64,000 bases of DNA from Gemmatales bacterium. Lineage in GTDB: Bacteria > Planctomycetota > Planctomycetia > Gemmatales > HRBIN36. The stretch covers positions 192,001 through 256,000 of the forward strand of contig JBEPZY010000001.1 in the NCBI GenBank assembly GCA_041640595.1, written 5' to 3'. The first letter of the stretch is position 1. The number at the start of each line of letters is the position of its first letter. The position numbers were made by a program, and so were the translations under genes. The notes beneath the pieces were generated by a model. The model ran no database searches. It was not told the DNA's origin and saw nothing but the letters and a program-made list of their open reading frames with translations. Of the stretch, positions 9,959-19,137 are shown piece after piece.

Positions 9959-10396
9959 GTATCCTTGCCGGCCAAATCACCACTGCCGGGAGACCGAGCC
10001 TCCAGCCCGATTGTTCACCGCGGGAATTTTGTTCGCCGGTCGCAGTGCACGCCGACTGAGCCGGCTGGAGAAATATGTATGGCGACACATCGGAAACTTC
10101 CAGGCGACATCGGATAAGTGTTCCGATATGCCGCGTGCCTGTCAGTCCGCGCAAAACACCGTTCGACGCAAAACACACAACCTGACCCCTTCGCGCAAAG
10201 GTGCAAAAACTTTGCCAGCGTCGAAAAGTTTTTGGCACGGCGCGAAAATAGCAGCTTCCTATCCCGCAGCAGCCCGAAAAAATCGTTATTACCCGCTTGC
10301 CAGTCGCCTGTCAGCGCGGAACAATTGAATAGACCAGCGCGATCACGCCGATGGAAGATCAGGGCACTTGTCCGCAACAGGGAAAGAGGTGCAGCC

Positions 10397-10597
10397 ATGC
10401 CGTACTCTGACCATCGAGCCATGGTAGAGCGTGGTCGCAAAGCCGGGCTGCAGACTGCGGAGCTGTATCGAACCCTGGAGAATCGTCCGGTGCCCGCTCA
10501 CGAATTGGCCAACAGCATGGTGGACGAAAACGGTTACAGCGTGGCCATTCGTGCGGATGGGCGTATCAGCTACCGGCCCGGAAACGACCTGCGTTAG
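10397..10597 (+). CDS. Small hypothetical protein (66 aa)
   Basis: GAGGT RBS before ATG 10397. Protein-like composition (DHRAMVERGRKAGLQTAELYRTLE). Stop overlaps the convergent gene's stop. Confidence 0.6.
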   Translation: MPYSDHRAMVERGRKAGLQTAELYRTLENRPVPAHELANSMVDENGYSVAIRADGRISYRPGNDLR

Positions 10598-11790
10598 CGC
10601 CAGCCGGCCGCAATGATGGTCACGTCATCGGCTTGCGGCAACGGCTCGCGGAAACGCCGCAGGGTGTCGGCGAGCGTCGCCACGATGTTTTGCGGCGAGC
10701 TGCGCCCGATTTCGGCAAGGATTTGTTCTACCCGTGCAGCCCCGAAGAATTCATTGCTGGCGTTTCGCGCTTCCAGCACGCCATCGGTTACCAGCAACAG
10801 TCGGTCGCCCGGTTCGAGCGGCAACGACTGTTCCTGGTATTTCGCCTCAGCAGTTACGCCCAGAATCAAACCACGTGCCTCCAGCCGCTGGCACTGACCA
10901 GTTTGCGACCGAAACAGCCAGGGAGCAGGATGACCGGCACTGGCATAAGAGAGCTGCCCGGTCTGCCGATCCAGAACCGCGTAAAAAGCGGTTACGAAAT
11001 GCTCCTCGGTCAGGCCGTGCAGATACCGGTTCATCTGCGCCAGCAAAGCTGCCGGTTGGGTTGCCTGGCTGGTGCAACTCAAAAAGGTCGTATGGGCCAT
11101 GATCGCCACCATGGCTGCCGGGATACTATGGCCGGTAGCATCGGCAATGAGCATGCCCACAAACCGATCCTGGGAAACGGCGAAATTGTAATAATCCCCG
11201 CCCAACGGATCCACCGGCGCATACACCACCGCCACCTGCAGGTCGGGAAAGTTCGGAGGCGATTGCGGCAAAAGTCGGCTCTGAATTCGGCCGGCAATGG
11301 TCATGCTCAACCGGATTTCCTGATCCCGCTCCTCCAGTTGCCGGCACGCCTGACGTAATTCCTGCGTTCGCAGCTCGACTTGCCGATTGAGATATTCCAT
11401 GTAGCTGTCCAGTAAATCACGAGCGGTGACCAGTCCCACCAGCCGACCCGCTTCCACGACCGGTACATGGCGAACGTGCACGGTTTCCATCAACGATCGG
11501 GCCTGCTCCCAGCTGGATTGCGGCGAAACCGTCCACGGGTTGGGCGTCATTAATTCCCGCACCGGTTTCGCCAGCCAGCTGGAGTCCGGAGACCCGGCCA
11601 GATAACGCAATACATCCCGTTCGGTAAAGATGCCCAGTAACCGTTCCTGCTCGGCCACCAGCACCGCGCCGACGCGATGTTCGGCCATCCGGCGAATCGC
11701 TTCGCTGACGGCAGTTTCCGGCGTTACCGTAATGGGATTACGCACCATCACTTCGCCAACACTCAGAATGTAGCTCGCCGATGTGGACAT
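10594..11790 (-). CDS. CBS-pair plus SpoIIE/PP2C (RsbU-like) phosphatase
   Basis: Two CBS domains (VGEVMVRNPITV, LLGIFTERD, RHVPVVE), a coiled coil, then GGDYY, IADATGH, TDGVLE and DDVT. AGGAGG RBS before ATG 11790. Confidence 0.9.
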   Translation of the reverse strand: MSTSASYILSVGEVMVRNPITVTPETAVSEAIRRMAEHRVGAVLVAEQERLLGIFTERDVLRYLAGSPDSSWLAKPVRELMTPNPWTVSPQSSWEQARSLMETVHVRHVPVVEAGRLVGLVTARDLLDSYMEYLNRQVELRTQELRQACRQLEERDQEIRLSMTIAGRIQSRLLPQSPPNFPDLQVAVVYAPVDPLGGDYYNFAVSQDRFVGMLIADATGHSIPAAMVAIMAHTTFLSCTSQATQPAALLAQMNRYLHGLTEEHFVTAFYAVLDRQTGQLSYASAGHPAPWLFRSQTGQCQRLEARGLILGVTAEAKYQEQSLPLEPGDRLLLVTDGVLEARNASNEFFGAARVEQILAEIGRSSPQNIVATLADTLRRFREPLPQADDVTIIAAGWR

Positions 11791-11897
11791 TAGGGCCTCC
11801 TGCGCTTGCTCAATCACCTGCCGGTCGCCTTTAGGCAGAGAGCATCGGATAAATTTGCTGGGGCCAGGTGGAGTTCCAAGTGGATCGCTGGGAGCGA

Positions 11898-12506
11898 TCA
11901 TTCCTGAGGCAACAGGTCATCGGGTGGGAGCCGCCGCAATTGTTCCAGAATCAACTCCAAGTAGGATCGCCGTTCGCTCTGCTGCAAGCCGAGCTCCTGA
12001 GCGAGCGATTGCAGGGCACGCCGGGCCGCTGTCAGTTCCGGCTGGCTGGCCCGCGTTTCCAGTTCCACAAACTGACCGAGCCGGCTGACGTTATCCAGAC
12101 ACACTTTCACCGCGTAACCCCGCCAGTCGAGTTCGTAAATCCGCCGTTCTTTGTACAAACCCACCACAATGTGATAGCCGAGGTGCTCCAACAGATCGCA
12201 GGCCTGTTCAAAGACGGCTGGAGACTTGAGTTCTACTTCGATCTCTTCGCGGGTTTTGCTGAGCGGGTCCAGGCGGGGGCCTTTATAGGTAAGCCAGAGC
12301 CGATTCGCTGTGCGTCGCAACCGTAATGCTTCGTCAGTTTTCGCGAAATCGCGATCCGGCGAAGCGAAATAAATATCTTGCTCGTGTTCCAGCCCCAGTT
12401 CGCGTGCGCCGAGCTGGTTCAGCCGTCGGACCACCGAAGCGGTATCGGTGAGCGGATATTTCAATTCCACTTCCAGGCTCGGTGAGTGGGCAGATTCCTG
12501 TGGCAC
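11898..12506 (-). CDS. cyaB: CYTH-domain protein / class IV adenylate cyclase
   Basis: LEVELKY (ExExK), DIYF, ALRLR, LTYKGP, REEIE, LGQFVELE and SYLEL motifs. Confidence 0.8.
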   Translation of the reverse strand: MPQESAHSPSLEVELKYPLTDTASVVRRLNQLGARELGLEHEQDIYFASPDRDFAKTDEALRLRRTANRLWLTYKGPRLDPLSKTREEIEVELKSPAVFEQACDLLEHLGYHIVVGLYKERRIYELDWRGYAVKVCLDNVSRLGQFVELETRASQPELTAARRALQSLAQELGLQQSERRSYLELILEQLRRLPPDDLLPQE

Positions 12507-12741
12507 AGCGTTGCCTCGATCGGTATTGCAGCCAGCCCGGTTGTTTTAGGAATCATTCGTTGCAACTTCACCAGCAGCGTCATCGCCTTGCCAGCTCCCA
12601 AGCGGGACGTTCCCGGTGCCGACGGTATCGTTCGCGCGGCCTCACCAACATCTTAGTCGTCTACGGCTTCCAGGAAAACAGCAGACGCAGCCGAACTGAC
12701 CGGTTCGGCATTGGTGTTTTGGTGCAGGGCGATGCTGCGTT

Positions 12742-12925
12742 GCGAAATGTGTGCCTGGCAATATGGGGAAAGGCGAAATGCGTGGTTCGCAAGACGGGGC
12801 GCCAAAATCTATGCTCGGCAATGCAGGCGGTAGGTAGCAGAAGCGATAGTCAGCGAGGCCATTGGCGCCAAAATCTATGCTCGGCGATGCAGGGACAGCC
12901 AAAATGTTTGCTTCGCAACGCGGGG
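12742..12925. repeat. Five degenerate ~26-30-nt direct repeats
   Basis: ggcgccaaaatctatgctcggc(a/g)atgcagg at 12798-12827 and 12864-12893. Degenerate copies start near 12742, 12773 and 12898. Confidence 0.7.
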
Positions 12926-12939
12926 GGCAGGCACTACCA

Positions 12940-13046
12940 GTCCGCGGAGATGCACATCCATCCGGCGGAAACGCGCATCCACCCAGCGGACACAAGCATT
13001 CACCGGGAGGAGGCACTCACATCCACCAGGCGGAGTCGCGTATGCA
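12940..13046. repeat. Degenerate 21-nt tandem repeat, five units
   Basis: gtccgcggagatgcacatcca / tccggcggaaacgcgcatcca / cccagcggacacaagcattca / ccgggaggaggcactcacatcca / ccaggcggagtcgcgtatgca. Confidence 0.7.
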
Positions 13047-13050
13047 ACCA

Positions 13051-13655
13051 AGAGCGCCGACCGTCAGCCCGCCGTGGTTCGTGCGGAGACGCCCGTGGAA
13101 TGCACCGCGACCAATGTCCGGCGCATAACGACTGCGGAACCAAGAGCGGCGGGCGTCAGCCCGCCGTGGGTTCTGTAGAGACGCGCTTGCCATGCACCGC
13201 GAACGATGTCCGGACACTGACGACTGCGGAACCAAGAGCGGCGGGCGTCAGCCCGCCGTGGTGCGTTAACGCAACTGCGATGGCGTTCGTGTACGGACGA
13301 CCGGCGGGCAGCCCCTGTGCGACGATTGTCGTGTTGCCGCTACAAGCGCGTTTCCGAAGCCACGGCTGGCTTACGCCAGCCGCTCTTCACCGCGTGAGCG
13401 GATGCCGTTGCAGATATGGGTTTTCCATCCGCAGCAGCGTTAGTTCCCCACGGCTGGCTTACGCCAGCCGCTCCTGGTTGTATGGCGTTTGTTCGGTGCG
13501 AAATGCGCAATTTGCGATGCACAGTCGAACATGGAACAAGAGCGGCGGGCGTCAGCCCGCCGTGGATGTGGTTGGGCGAATGTAATCCGCGATGTGCCGG
13601 AAACTCACTTGCAAGTGCGTTACACAAACCACGGCTGGCTTGCGTCAGCGGCTAG
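13051..13655. repeat. REP/BIME-like cluster 1: seven palindromic units in both orientations
   Basis: Plus-strand copies at 13051, 13143, 13235 (92-nt period) and 13539. Minus-strand copies at 13360, 13448 and 13629. Confidence 0.85.
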
Positions 13656-13738
13656 CGGTCGCGGTATCGGCCAGTAAGCTAAGATCACTGACAGGGGCGG
13701 AGCAATCGGCTTTTGCAGACAACGGGGGAGACGACACC

Positions 13739-15325
13739 ATGCCTGCGACAGTGGTCTGGCTCGGTTTGGCCCTGCTTTCGCTGGTGGCGCAATCACCAGG
13801 CGCCACAGTTCCGGCGACGGCTGGCAGTCCGGAGTCCGCGATGGGTGACGAGTGGCCGTCGTGGGCGATGGCAGCGAACGGCAGGCTAACAAGCCCGGAC
13901 GCAAGCTCTCTCCGGGCTCACGCATGCCCGGCCCAGCCGGGAGTGCCGCCGGCCAGCGTGGGGTTACGGGTGCTGGTTCCGGCCAGCGTGTCGCCTGGCG
14001 AAACGGTAACCTGCCGCATCCGCGCTTATAACAATTCTCCCGTGACGGTGTATCAGGTCGAATTGCGTTGTCGGCTGGATTCGGGTGTGGAGTTGGCGGA
14101 CAGCGAACCGCAGGCTGAACAGCAGGGGTCGCAACTGGTCTGGCGGTTCGCGCAACTGCGTCCCGGCGAGGTTCGGGCATTCACGTTGCGGTTACGTCCC
14201 AGCGTGGCCGGGCCTATCCGAGTTTGTGCTCGCATTCGCTATGAGCATGGCGTGTGCGTCGAAACCACGGTACGTCCCGAAGCTGAACCGCCCGGCCAGC
14301 CGATCCTGGAATTGCACAAGGAAGGTCCGACTCAGGTTGTCCTTGATCAGAGCGTCGCGGTACGGTTGGTGATTCACAATCGCGGCTCGGCACCGGCAGA
14401 GGAAGTGGTCGTGGTGGACGAACTTCCCGAAGGTCTGGAGCACGCCGACGGTGGCCGGCGCCTGACCTTTTTCCTCGGACGTATCGCTCCCGGTCAGCAG
14501 CGGGTGGTGCAATATCAGCTGGTGGCCCGGCGTCCTGGGAACTGGACGAATCGGGCTACCGTGCGGGCGCGCGGCGGAATTGAGGCATTCGCCAGCCTGA
14601 CCATTACCGTCGCCGAGCCGAAACTGGCTGTGCATGTGGATGCACCAGCTCAGGCATTTTCCGGAACAGCCCTGCCTGTGCGCATCCGCGTAACCAATGC
14701 CGGAGCGGTGCCCCTGAACCAGGTGGCCGTGGAATATCGCATTCCCAGCGGGAGCACTGTGCTGGAAAGCCGCCCGGCAGGTACGGTCGGAACCAATGTG
14801 GTACGATGGACAATTCAGCAACTGCCCCCGCAAGAGGCGGTCAGCTTCACCGTGCAGCTGCGGCCGATGCAAGCTGGCACGGTCGAACACGTGGTAACCG
14901 CAGTTGCCGGAACGACTGTCGCCCGTGCCCGAGCGACCACGCAAGTGCTCGGTGCTACCGGCCTGCTGTTGGTCGTCGTGGACACGGATGACCCGGTGCT
15001 GGTGGGACAGGATACGCGCTATCACCTCATCGTTCGCAATCAGGGCAGTGCCGCGGCTACCAACATTCGTCTGCGGGTGCAGGTGCCGGAGGAATTCGCT
15101 ATCACCCGCGTTCAGGGGCCCAGCGACCATCAGCGCGACGGGCAGAAGATTTTGTTCGAGCCGCTGCATTTGCCGCCCAACACCGATCGCATTTACCGTA
15201 TCTACGTGCGCGCACTCAAACCTGGCGTGGTTCGCTTGCGGGTGGAGATGACCGCCGATCAGCTCCCTGCCGGCCCGGTGCGGGCGGAAGAAAGCACCAC
15301 CATCCTGGACGGTTCCGGTCAATAG
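13739..15325 (+). CDS. Exported DUF11 (OmcB-like Ig-fold) repeat protein
   Basis: Signal peptide and repeated V.N.G...A..V.V.D.LP units. C-terminal VVDTDDPVLVG and EESTT. GGAG RBS. Confidence 0.75.
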   Translation: MPATVVWLGLALLSLVAQSPGATVPATAGSPESAMGDEWPSWAMAANGRLTSPDASSLRAHACPAQPGVPPASVGLRVLVPASVSPGETVTCRIRAYNNSPVTVYQVELRCRLDSGVELADSEPQAEQQGSQLVWRFAQLRPGEVRAFTLRLRPSVAGPIRVCARIRYEHGVCVETTVRPEAEPPGQPILELHKEGPTQVVLDQSVAVRLVIHNRGSAPAEEVVVVDELPEGLEHADGGRRLTFFLGRIAPGQQRVVQYQLVARRPGNWTNRATVRARGGIEAFASLTITVAEPKLAVHVDAPAQAFSGTALPVRIRVTNAGAVPLNQVAVEYRIPSGSTVLESRPAGTVGTNVVRWTIQQLPPQEAVSFTVQLRPMQAGTVEHVVTAVAGTTVARARATTQVLGATGLLLVVVDTDDPVLVGQDTRYHLIVRNQGSAAATNIRLRVQVPEEFAITRVQGPSDHQRDGQKILFEPLHLPPNTDRIYRIYVRALKPGVVRLRVEMTADQLPAGPVRAEESTTILDGSGQ

Positions 15326-15356
15326 TGTACAATAGCTCAGTTATGGCCGGAGGGGG

Positions 15357-16409
15357 ATGATGCGTGGACGTGGAACTGACGAGAATCCGCCCAACCGATT
15401 CGAGCCGCTGGTCTATGAACCACTTTCCGACCTGGCCGAGGAAGATCGCCCCGGGCCACGCACCCAGTTTTTCGTGGATCAGTCGCGGTCTTTGATTACC
15501 CGCAACGATAGCCCCGACGTCGGGTTCACCTACAGCATCAATCCGTACCGCGGTTGTGAACACGGCTGCATTTACTGTTTCGCCCGCCCGACGCATGAGT
15601 ATCTCGGCTGGTCGAGCGGTCTGGATTTCGAGACGAAAATTCTGGTCAAAACCGACGCTCCGCAATTGTTACGGCAGGAGCTTGCCTCACCCCACTGGCC
15701 CCGCGAAGTCCTGGCCATGAGCGGCGTAACTGACTGCTACCAGCCCATCGAACGCCAGCTGCGACTGACGCGGGCCTGCCTGGAAGTGTTGCTCGAATTC
15801 CGTCAGCCCGTGGCCGTGGTTACTAAAAACCATCTCGTCTGCCGCGATAAGGATTTGCTGGCAGCCCTGGCCGGTTACCAGGCGGTAGCGGTGTACATTT
15901 CCATCACCACCCTCGACCCGGAACTTGCTGGCCGCATGGAGCCGCGCACCTCTCGACCTGCCGCTCGACTGGCCGCCATTCGGGAACTTGCCGATGCCGG
16001 GATTCCCGTTGGTGTGCTTACTGCCCCGATTATTCCGGGCCTCAACGACCACGAGATTCCCGCGATTCTGCGAGCGGCGGCCGAACACGGTGCCCGTTTC
16101 GCTGGCTACATCGTCTTACGCTTGCCCTATGCCCTGAAGGAACTTTTCGATTCCTGGTTGAAGCGACACTATCCCGAACGTCGGGAAAAAGTGTTGAGCC
16201 GACTCCGCGAACTGCGTGGCGGAAAACTATACGACGCGCGATGGGGAACGCGGATGACCGGCACCGGGCCGATCGCGGAGGCCATCGCTTCGCTGTTTCG
16301 CGTTGCTGCTCGCCAGACCGGTCTGGATAACCCCGCGCCGCACCTCTCCGCCGCCCATTTTCGTGTCCCCGGCCAATCTCGCCAACCCAACCTGTTTCCC
16401 CCTGGCTGA
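15357..16409 (+). CDS. PA0069/Rv2578c-family radical SAM protein (spore photoproduct lyase-like)
   Basis: INPYRGCEHGCIYCFARPTHEYLG (CxxxCxxC), TDCYQPIE and RMTGTG motifs. Confidence 0.9.
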   Translation: MMRGRGTDENPPNRFEPLVYEPLSDLAEEDRPGPRTQFFVDQSRSLITRNDSPDVGFTYSINPYRGCEHGCIYCFARPTHEYLGWSSGLDFETKILVKTDAPQLLRQELASPHWPREVLAMSGVTDCYQPIERQLRLTRACLEVLLEFRQPVAVVTKNHLVCRDKDLLAALAGYQAVAVYISITTLDPELAGRMEPRTSRPAARLAAIRELADAGIPVGVLTAPIIPGLNDHEIPAILRAAAEHGARFAGYIVLRLPYALKELFDSWLKRHYPERREKVLSRLRELRGGKLYDARWGTRMTGTGPIAEAIASLFRVAARQTGLDNPAPHLSAAHFRVPGQSRQPNLFPPG

Positions 16410-16439
16410 ATGCAACGGCATCGTGGAACAGACGCTCTA

Positions 16440-17867
16440 TCACGCCAGGATTTCGTGGATAATGCGGCCGCCGTTGATGGTGGGGCGTTCTTCGCGGCCG
16501 TTGTAGAAGTAGGTGAGTTTGCGGTGATCCAGACCCAGGCAGTGCAGGATGGTGGCGTGCAGATCGTGGACGTGAACGCGGTCTTCAACGGCATAAAGAC
16601 CGATTTCGTCGGTGGCTCCGTAAGTAACGCCGCCACGAATGCCGCCACCGGCCAGCCAGACCGTAAAGCCCCAGGGATTGTGATCGCGACCGTTGCCGCT
16701 TTCGCTCATGGGAGTGCGACCGAATTCGCCGGCCCAGACAACCAGGGTGCTCTCCAGCAGACCGCGGCGTTTGAGGTCTTTGAGTAAAGCGGCGATGGGC
16801 CTGTCGCTGGCGCGACAGAGTCGGCTATGATTGGTTTCGACATCGGTGTGGGCGTCCCATTTGCTGCCGGAGCCGCAGTAAATCTGCACGAACCGCACGC
16901 CGCGTTCCACCAGCCGCCGAGCCAGCAAACAGCAGCGTGCCATAGCAGAGGTTTCTGGACGGTCGAGACCGTAAAGGCGTTTCGTCTCTTCGGTTTCGCG
17001 GCTGAGGTCCACGACTTCGGGAGCAGCAGCCTGCATGCGGAAGGCTAGTTCGTAAGCGGCAATGCGGGCTTCCAGGTCCGTATCTTCGCGGCGGGTCTGG
17101 GCATGCAGGCGATTGAGTTCCTGAATGAAATCGAGTCGGCGGCGCTGATGCTCGCTGGTCTCCTGCGGACGCAGGTAAAGCACCGGCGAATCGCCATCGC
17201 GGAAACGTGTGCCTTGCCAGGTTGCCGGCATGAAACCGGTGCCCCAATTCCGCGGTCCTCCGGCCGGATCATCGGGATTGTCCTGCAGAACGACGAAGCC
17301 GGGCAGGTTTTCATTGGCCGAGCCCAGACCGTACAACGTCCAGGCTCCCAGACTCGGACGCCCGGCCAGGATGCTGCCGGTGTTCATCTGGCAGACGCTG
17401 CCGACGTGATTGAGTCCATCGGCGTAGCAGCTGCGGATGACCGCCAGGTCGTCCACGCACTGCGCGAGTTCCGGCAGCCAATCGCTGACCCAGATGCCGG
17501 ACTGACCATATTGCCGGAAAGTCCGTTTGCTGGCCAAAAGGGGCGTGTAAGCAGTGCGTCCCATCGCGGTGACCGGCCGCTTGAAACTGGCCGGCAACGG
17601 TTGCCCGTGCAGCTTCGCCAGCGTCGGTTTCGGATCGAAGAGGTCGAGATGGCTCGGCCCGCCTTCGATGAACAGCCAGATGACGCTGCGGGCTCGCGGA
17701 CGAAAGTGGGGCGGTTTCGCCGCCAACAGGTTGCCTTCGGCGCTGCTGGCCTCGTTCAGGGCGTGAAACGCCAGCCAGCCGAATCCACACCCTGCCAGTT
17801 CCAGAAACTCACGACGCGTGCTGCACCAGTGGCGATGACCAACCGGGGCTGGTTTATCGGCTCGCAT
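16440..17867 (-). CDS. DUF1501 domain protein with Tat signal
   Basis: TRREFL, GGPSHLDLFDPKP, ARRLVERGVRFVQ, GEFGRTP and GRDHNP motifs. Confidence 0.9.
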   Translation of the reverse strand: MRADKPAPVGHRHWCSTRREFLELAGCGFGWLAFHALNEASSAEGNLLAAKPPHFRPRARSVIWLFIEGGPSHLDLFDPKPTLAKLHGQPLPASFKRPVTAMGRTAYTPLLASKRTFRQYGQSGIWVSDWLPELAQCVDDLAVIRSCYADGLNHVGSVCQMNTGSILAGRPSLGAWTLYGLGSANENLPGFVVLQDNPDDPAGGPRNWGTGFMPATWQGTRFRDGDSPVLYLRPQETSEHQRRRLDFIQELNRLHAQTRREDTDLEARIAAYELAFRMQAAAPEVVDLSRETEETKRLYGLDRPETSAMARCCLLARRLVERGVRFVQIYCGSGSKWDAHTDVETNHSRLCRASDRPIAALLKDLKRRGLLESTLVVWAGEFGRTPMSESGNGRDHNPWGFTVWLAGGGIRGGVTYGATDEIGLYAVEDRVHVHDLHATILHCLGLDHRKLTYFYNGREERPTINGGRIIHEILA

Positions 17868-18272
17868 TCCGAATCCCTCACCGCGTTTGACTAAAAGCAC
17901 CACAACCGTTGCGGATTGTTGTATCGAAATCGGGCAGTCGGTGTCCAGCCGTGAGGAAGGCGAAGTTCCCCACCAAGTATCGAAAACGGATGACATCGCT
18001 GCTAACCCGTGAAAATCGGCACCTTGCCGACCGTGCTGAAAGAAATCAGCCCTAAGATGTCGCGGCACGGCTGTTGCTATGTTGGGGGACCGTCGAGCAG
18101 CGGACTTATGGCGGGCCGATTCTGCCTGGCGATTGCCCATTCGGGCCGAGCCAGCTTTCCCGACAGGCATAGGGTGTCGAGAACACCCGGCCCGAAACGA
18201 GGCTTGGCCAGCCAGCGGGCCGGAACACTGAAGGGGCACGCGCAGCCTGGTTTCACCTGGGGGAGGCACACC

Positions 18273-18764
18273 ATGCGACGGGCGGGCAACGGCAAAACGG
18301 TGGCTTACGGTCGCAGGCAGCTGGAAAAGCTCCGCCAGCGTTTGCTCCAGCGACAGGAAGAACTCCGACAGATATTGGCCGGGCGATTGGAAAACCTTGC
18401 CTCAGCTCAGAGCGAAGTCCGCGGCGAACTGGCAGATGCTGCCCTGGACTATGGAACTCAGGAGATGAGTTGTTGCATGATGGAACTGGCCGCCCGAGAG
18501 CTCGGCCTCATTGAACGGGCCTTGCGAAAGCTTGCCCAGGATAGTTACGGTCGCTGTGAACATTGCGGTGGGCAAATTGGTCTGCCCCGGCTGGAGGCAT
18601 TGCCTTACGCCCTGTATTGCATCTCCTGCCAGCGCGAGCTGGAGCAAGACGCTTTCGCCGGCAAACAAGACCCGGCCCAATGGGACCGCGTTTATGAAAT
18701 GGAGCGAGCCGAAACCGACGTGGAAGTGGACTTTTCCGACCTCGAAACCGAGGCGGATCGCTGA
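18273..18764 (+). CDS. TraR/DksA-family C4 zinc-finger regulator
   Basis: YGRCEHCG...RLEALPYA.YCISCQ with an N-terminal coiled coil. GGAGG RBS. Confidence 0.85.
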   Translation: MRRAGNGKTVAYGRRQLEKLRQRLLQRQEELRQILAGRLENLASAQSEVRGELADAALDYGTQEMSCCMMELAARELGLIERALRKLAQDSYGRCEHCGGQIGLPRLEALPYALYCISCQRELEQDAFAGKQDPAQWDRVYEMERAETDVEVDFSDLETEADR

Positions 18765-18851
18765 CTGTGTTGGCAGGCGTAGCTCCAATTCACTGGGGCC
18801 GCTTTGCTTGCAGCAAGGCCACCCGTAAGACCGTTGGCAGTGTCGGCAAAT

Positions 18852-18961
18852 GTTGCTCCAATTCTGCCCGTTGCCAGTAACCTGGTAACAGACGCTATTC
18901 GGCAGAGGGAGCGCTCACCAACAAGTTGCTCCGATTCTGCCCGTTGCCAGTAACTTGGTAA
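18852..18961. repeat. Two 37-nt direct repeats separated by a 36-nt unique segment
   Basis: gttgctcc(a/g)attctgcccgttgccagtaac(c/t)tggtaa at 18852-18888 and 18925-18961. Confidence 0.8.
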
Positions 18962-19137
18962 TCCACCAGAATAAACACCTGGGCATCGTCGCCAGTGCTG
19001 AGCCTGCGGCTATCTAGGGCGAAGCTGCTGGCAGCGACGATGGCGCGACGGTCTGCCGGATGGGTACCGACTTGTGGCTCGGTGGAGCTGTGGCGGGACC
19101 GTCAGTATGCTCATCACCCTTTTCAGGAGGGACGAAC

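Noticed and set aside
11791..11901. Phosphatase start at the ATGA overlap (11901)
   Set aside because: A strong AGGAGG precedes ATG 11790 and the extra 37 residues look non-domain. The longer start is not fully excluded.
12482..13585. 367-aa ORF, and the short ORFs across 36894-37615
   Set aside because: These frames run through the repeat clusters. The translated repeats (KSGGRQPAV, HGGLTPAA) simply reflect the DNA palindrome, and composition is not protein-like.
13051..13655. CRISPR array interpretation of the regularly spaced palindromes (also 36786-37447)
   Set aside because: Units occur in both orientations, the ~60-65-nt intervening segments are homologous to each other and between loci, and no cas genes are present.
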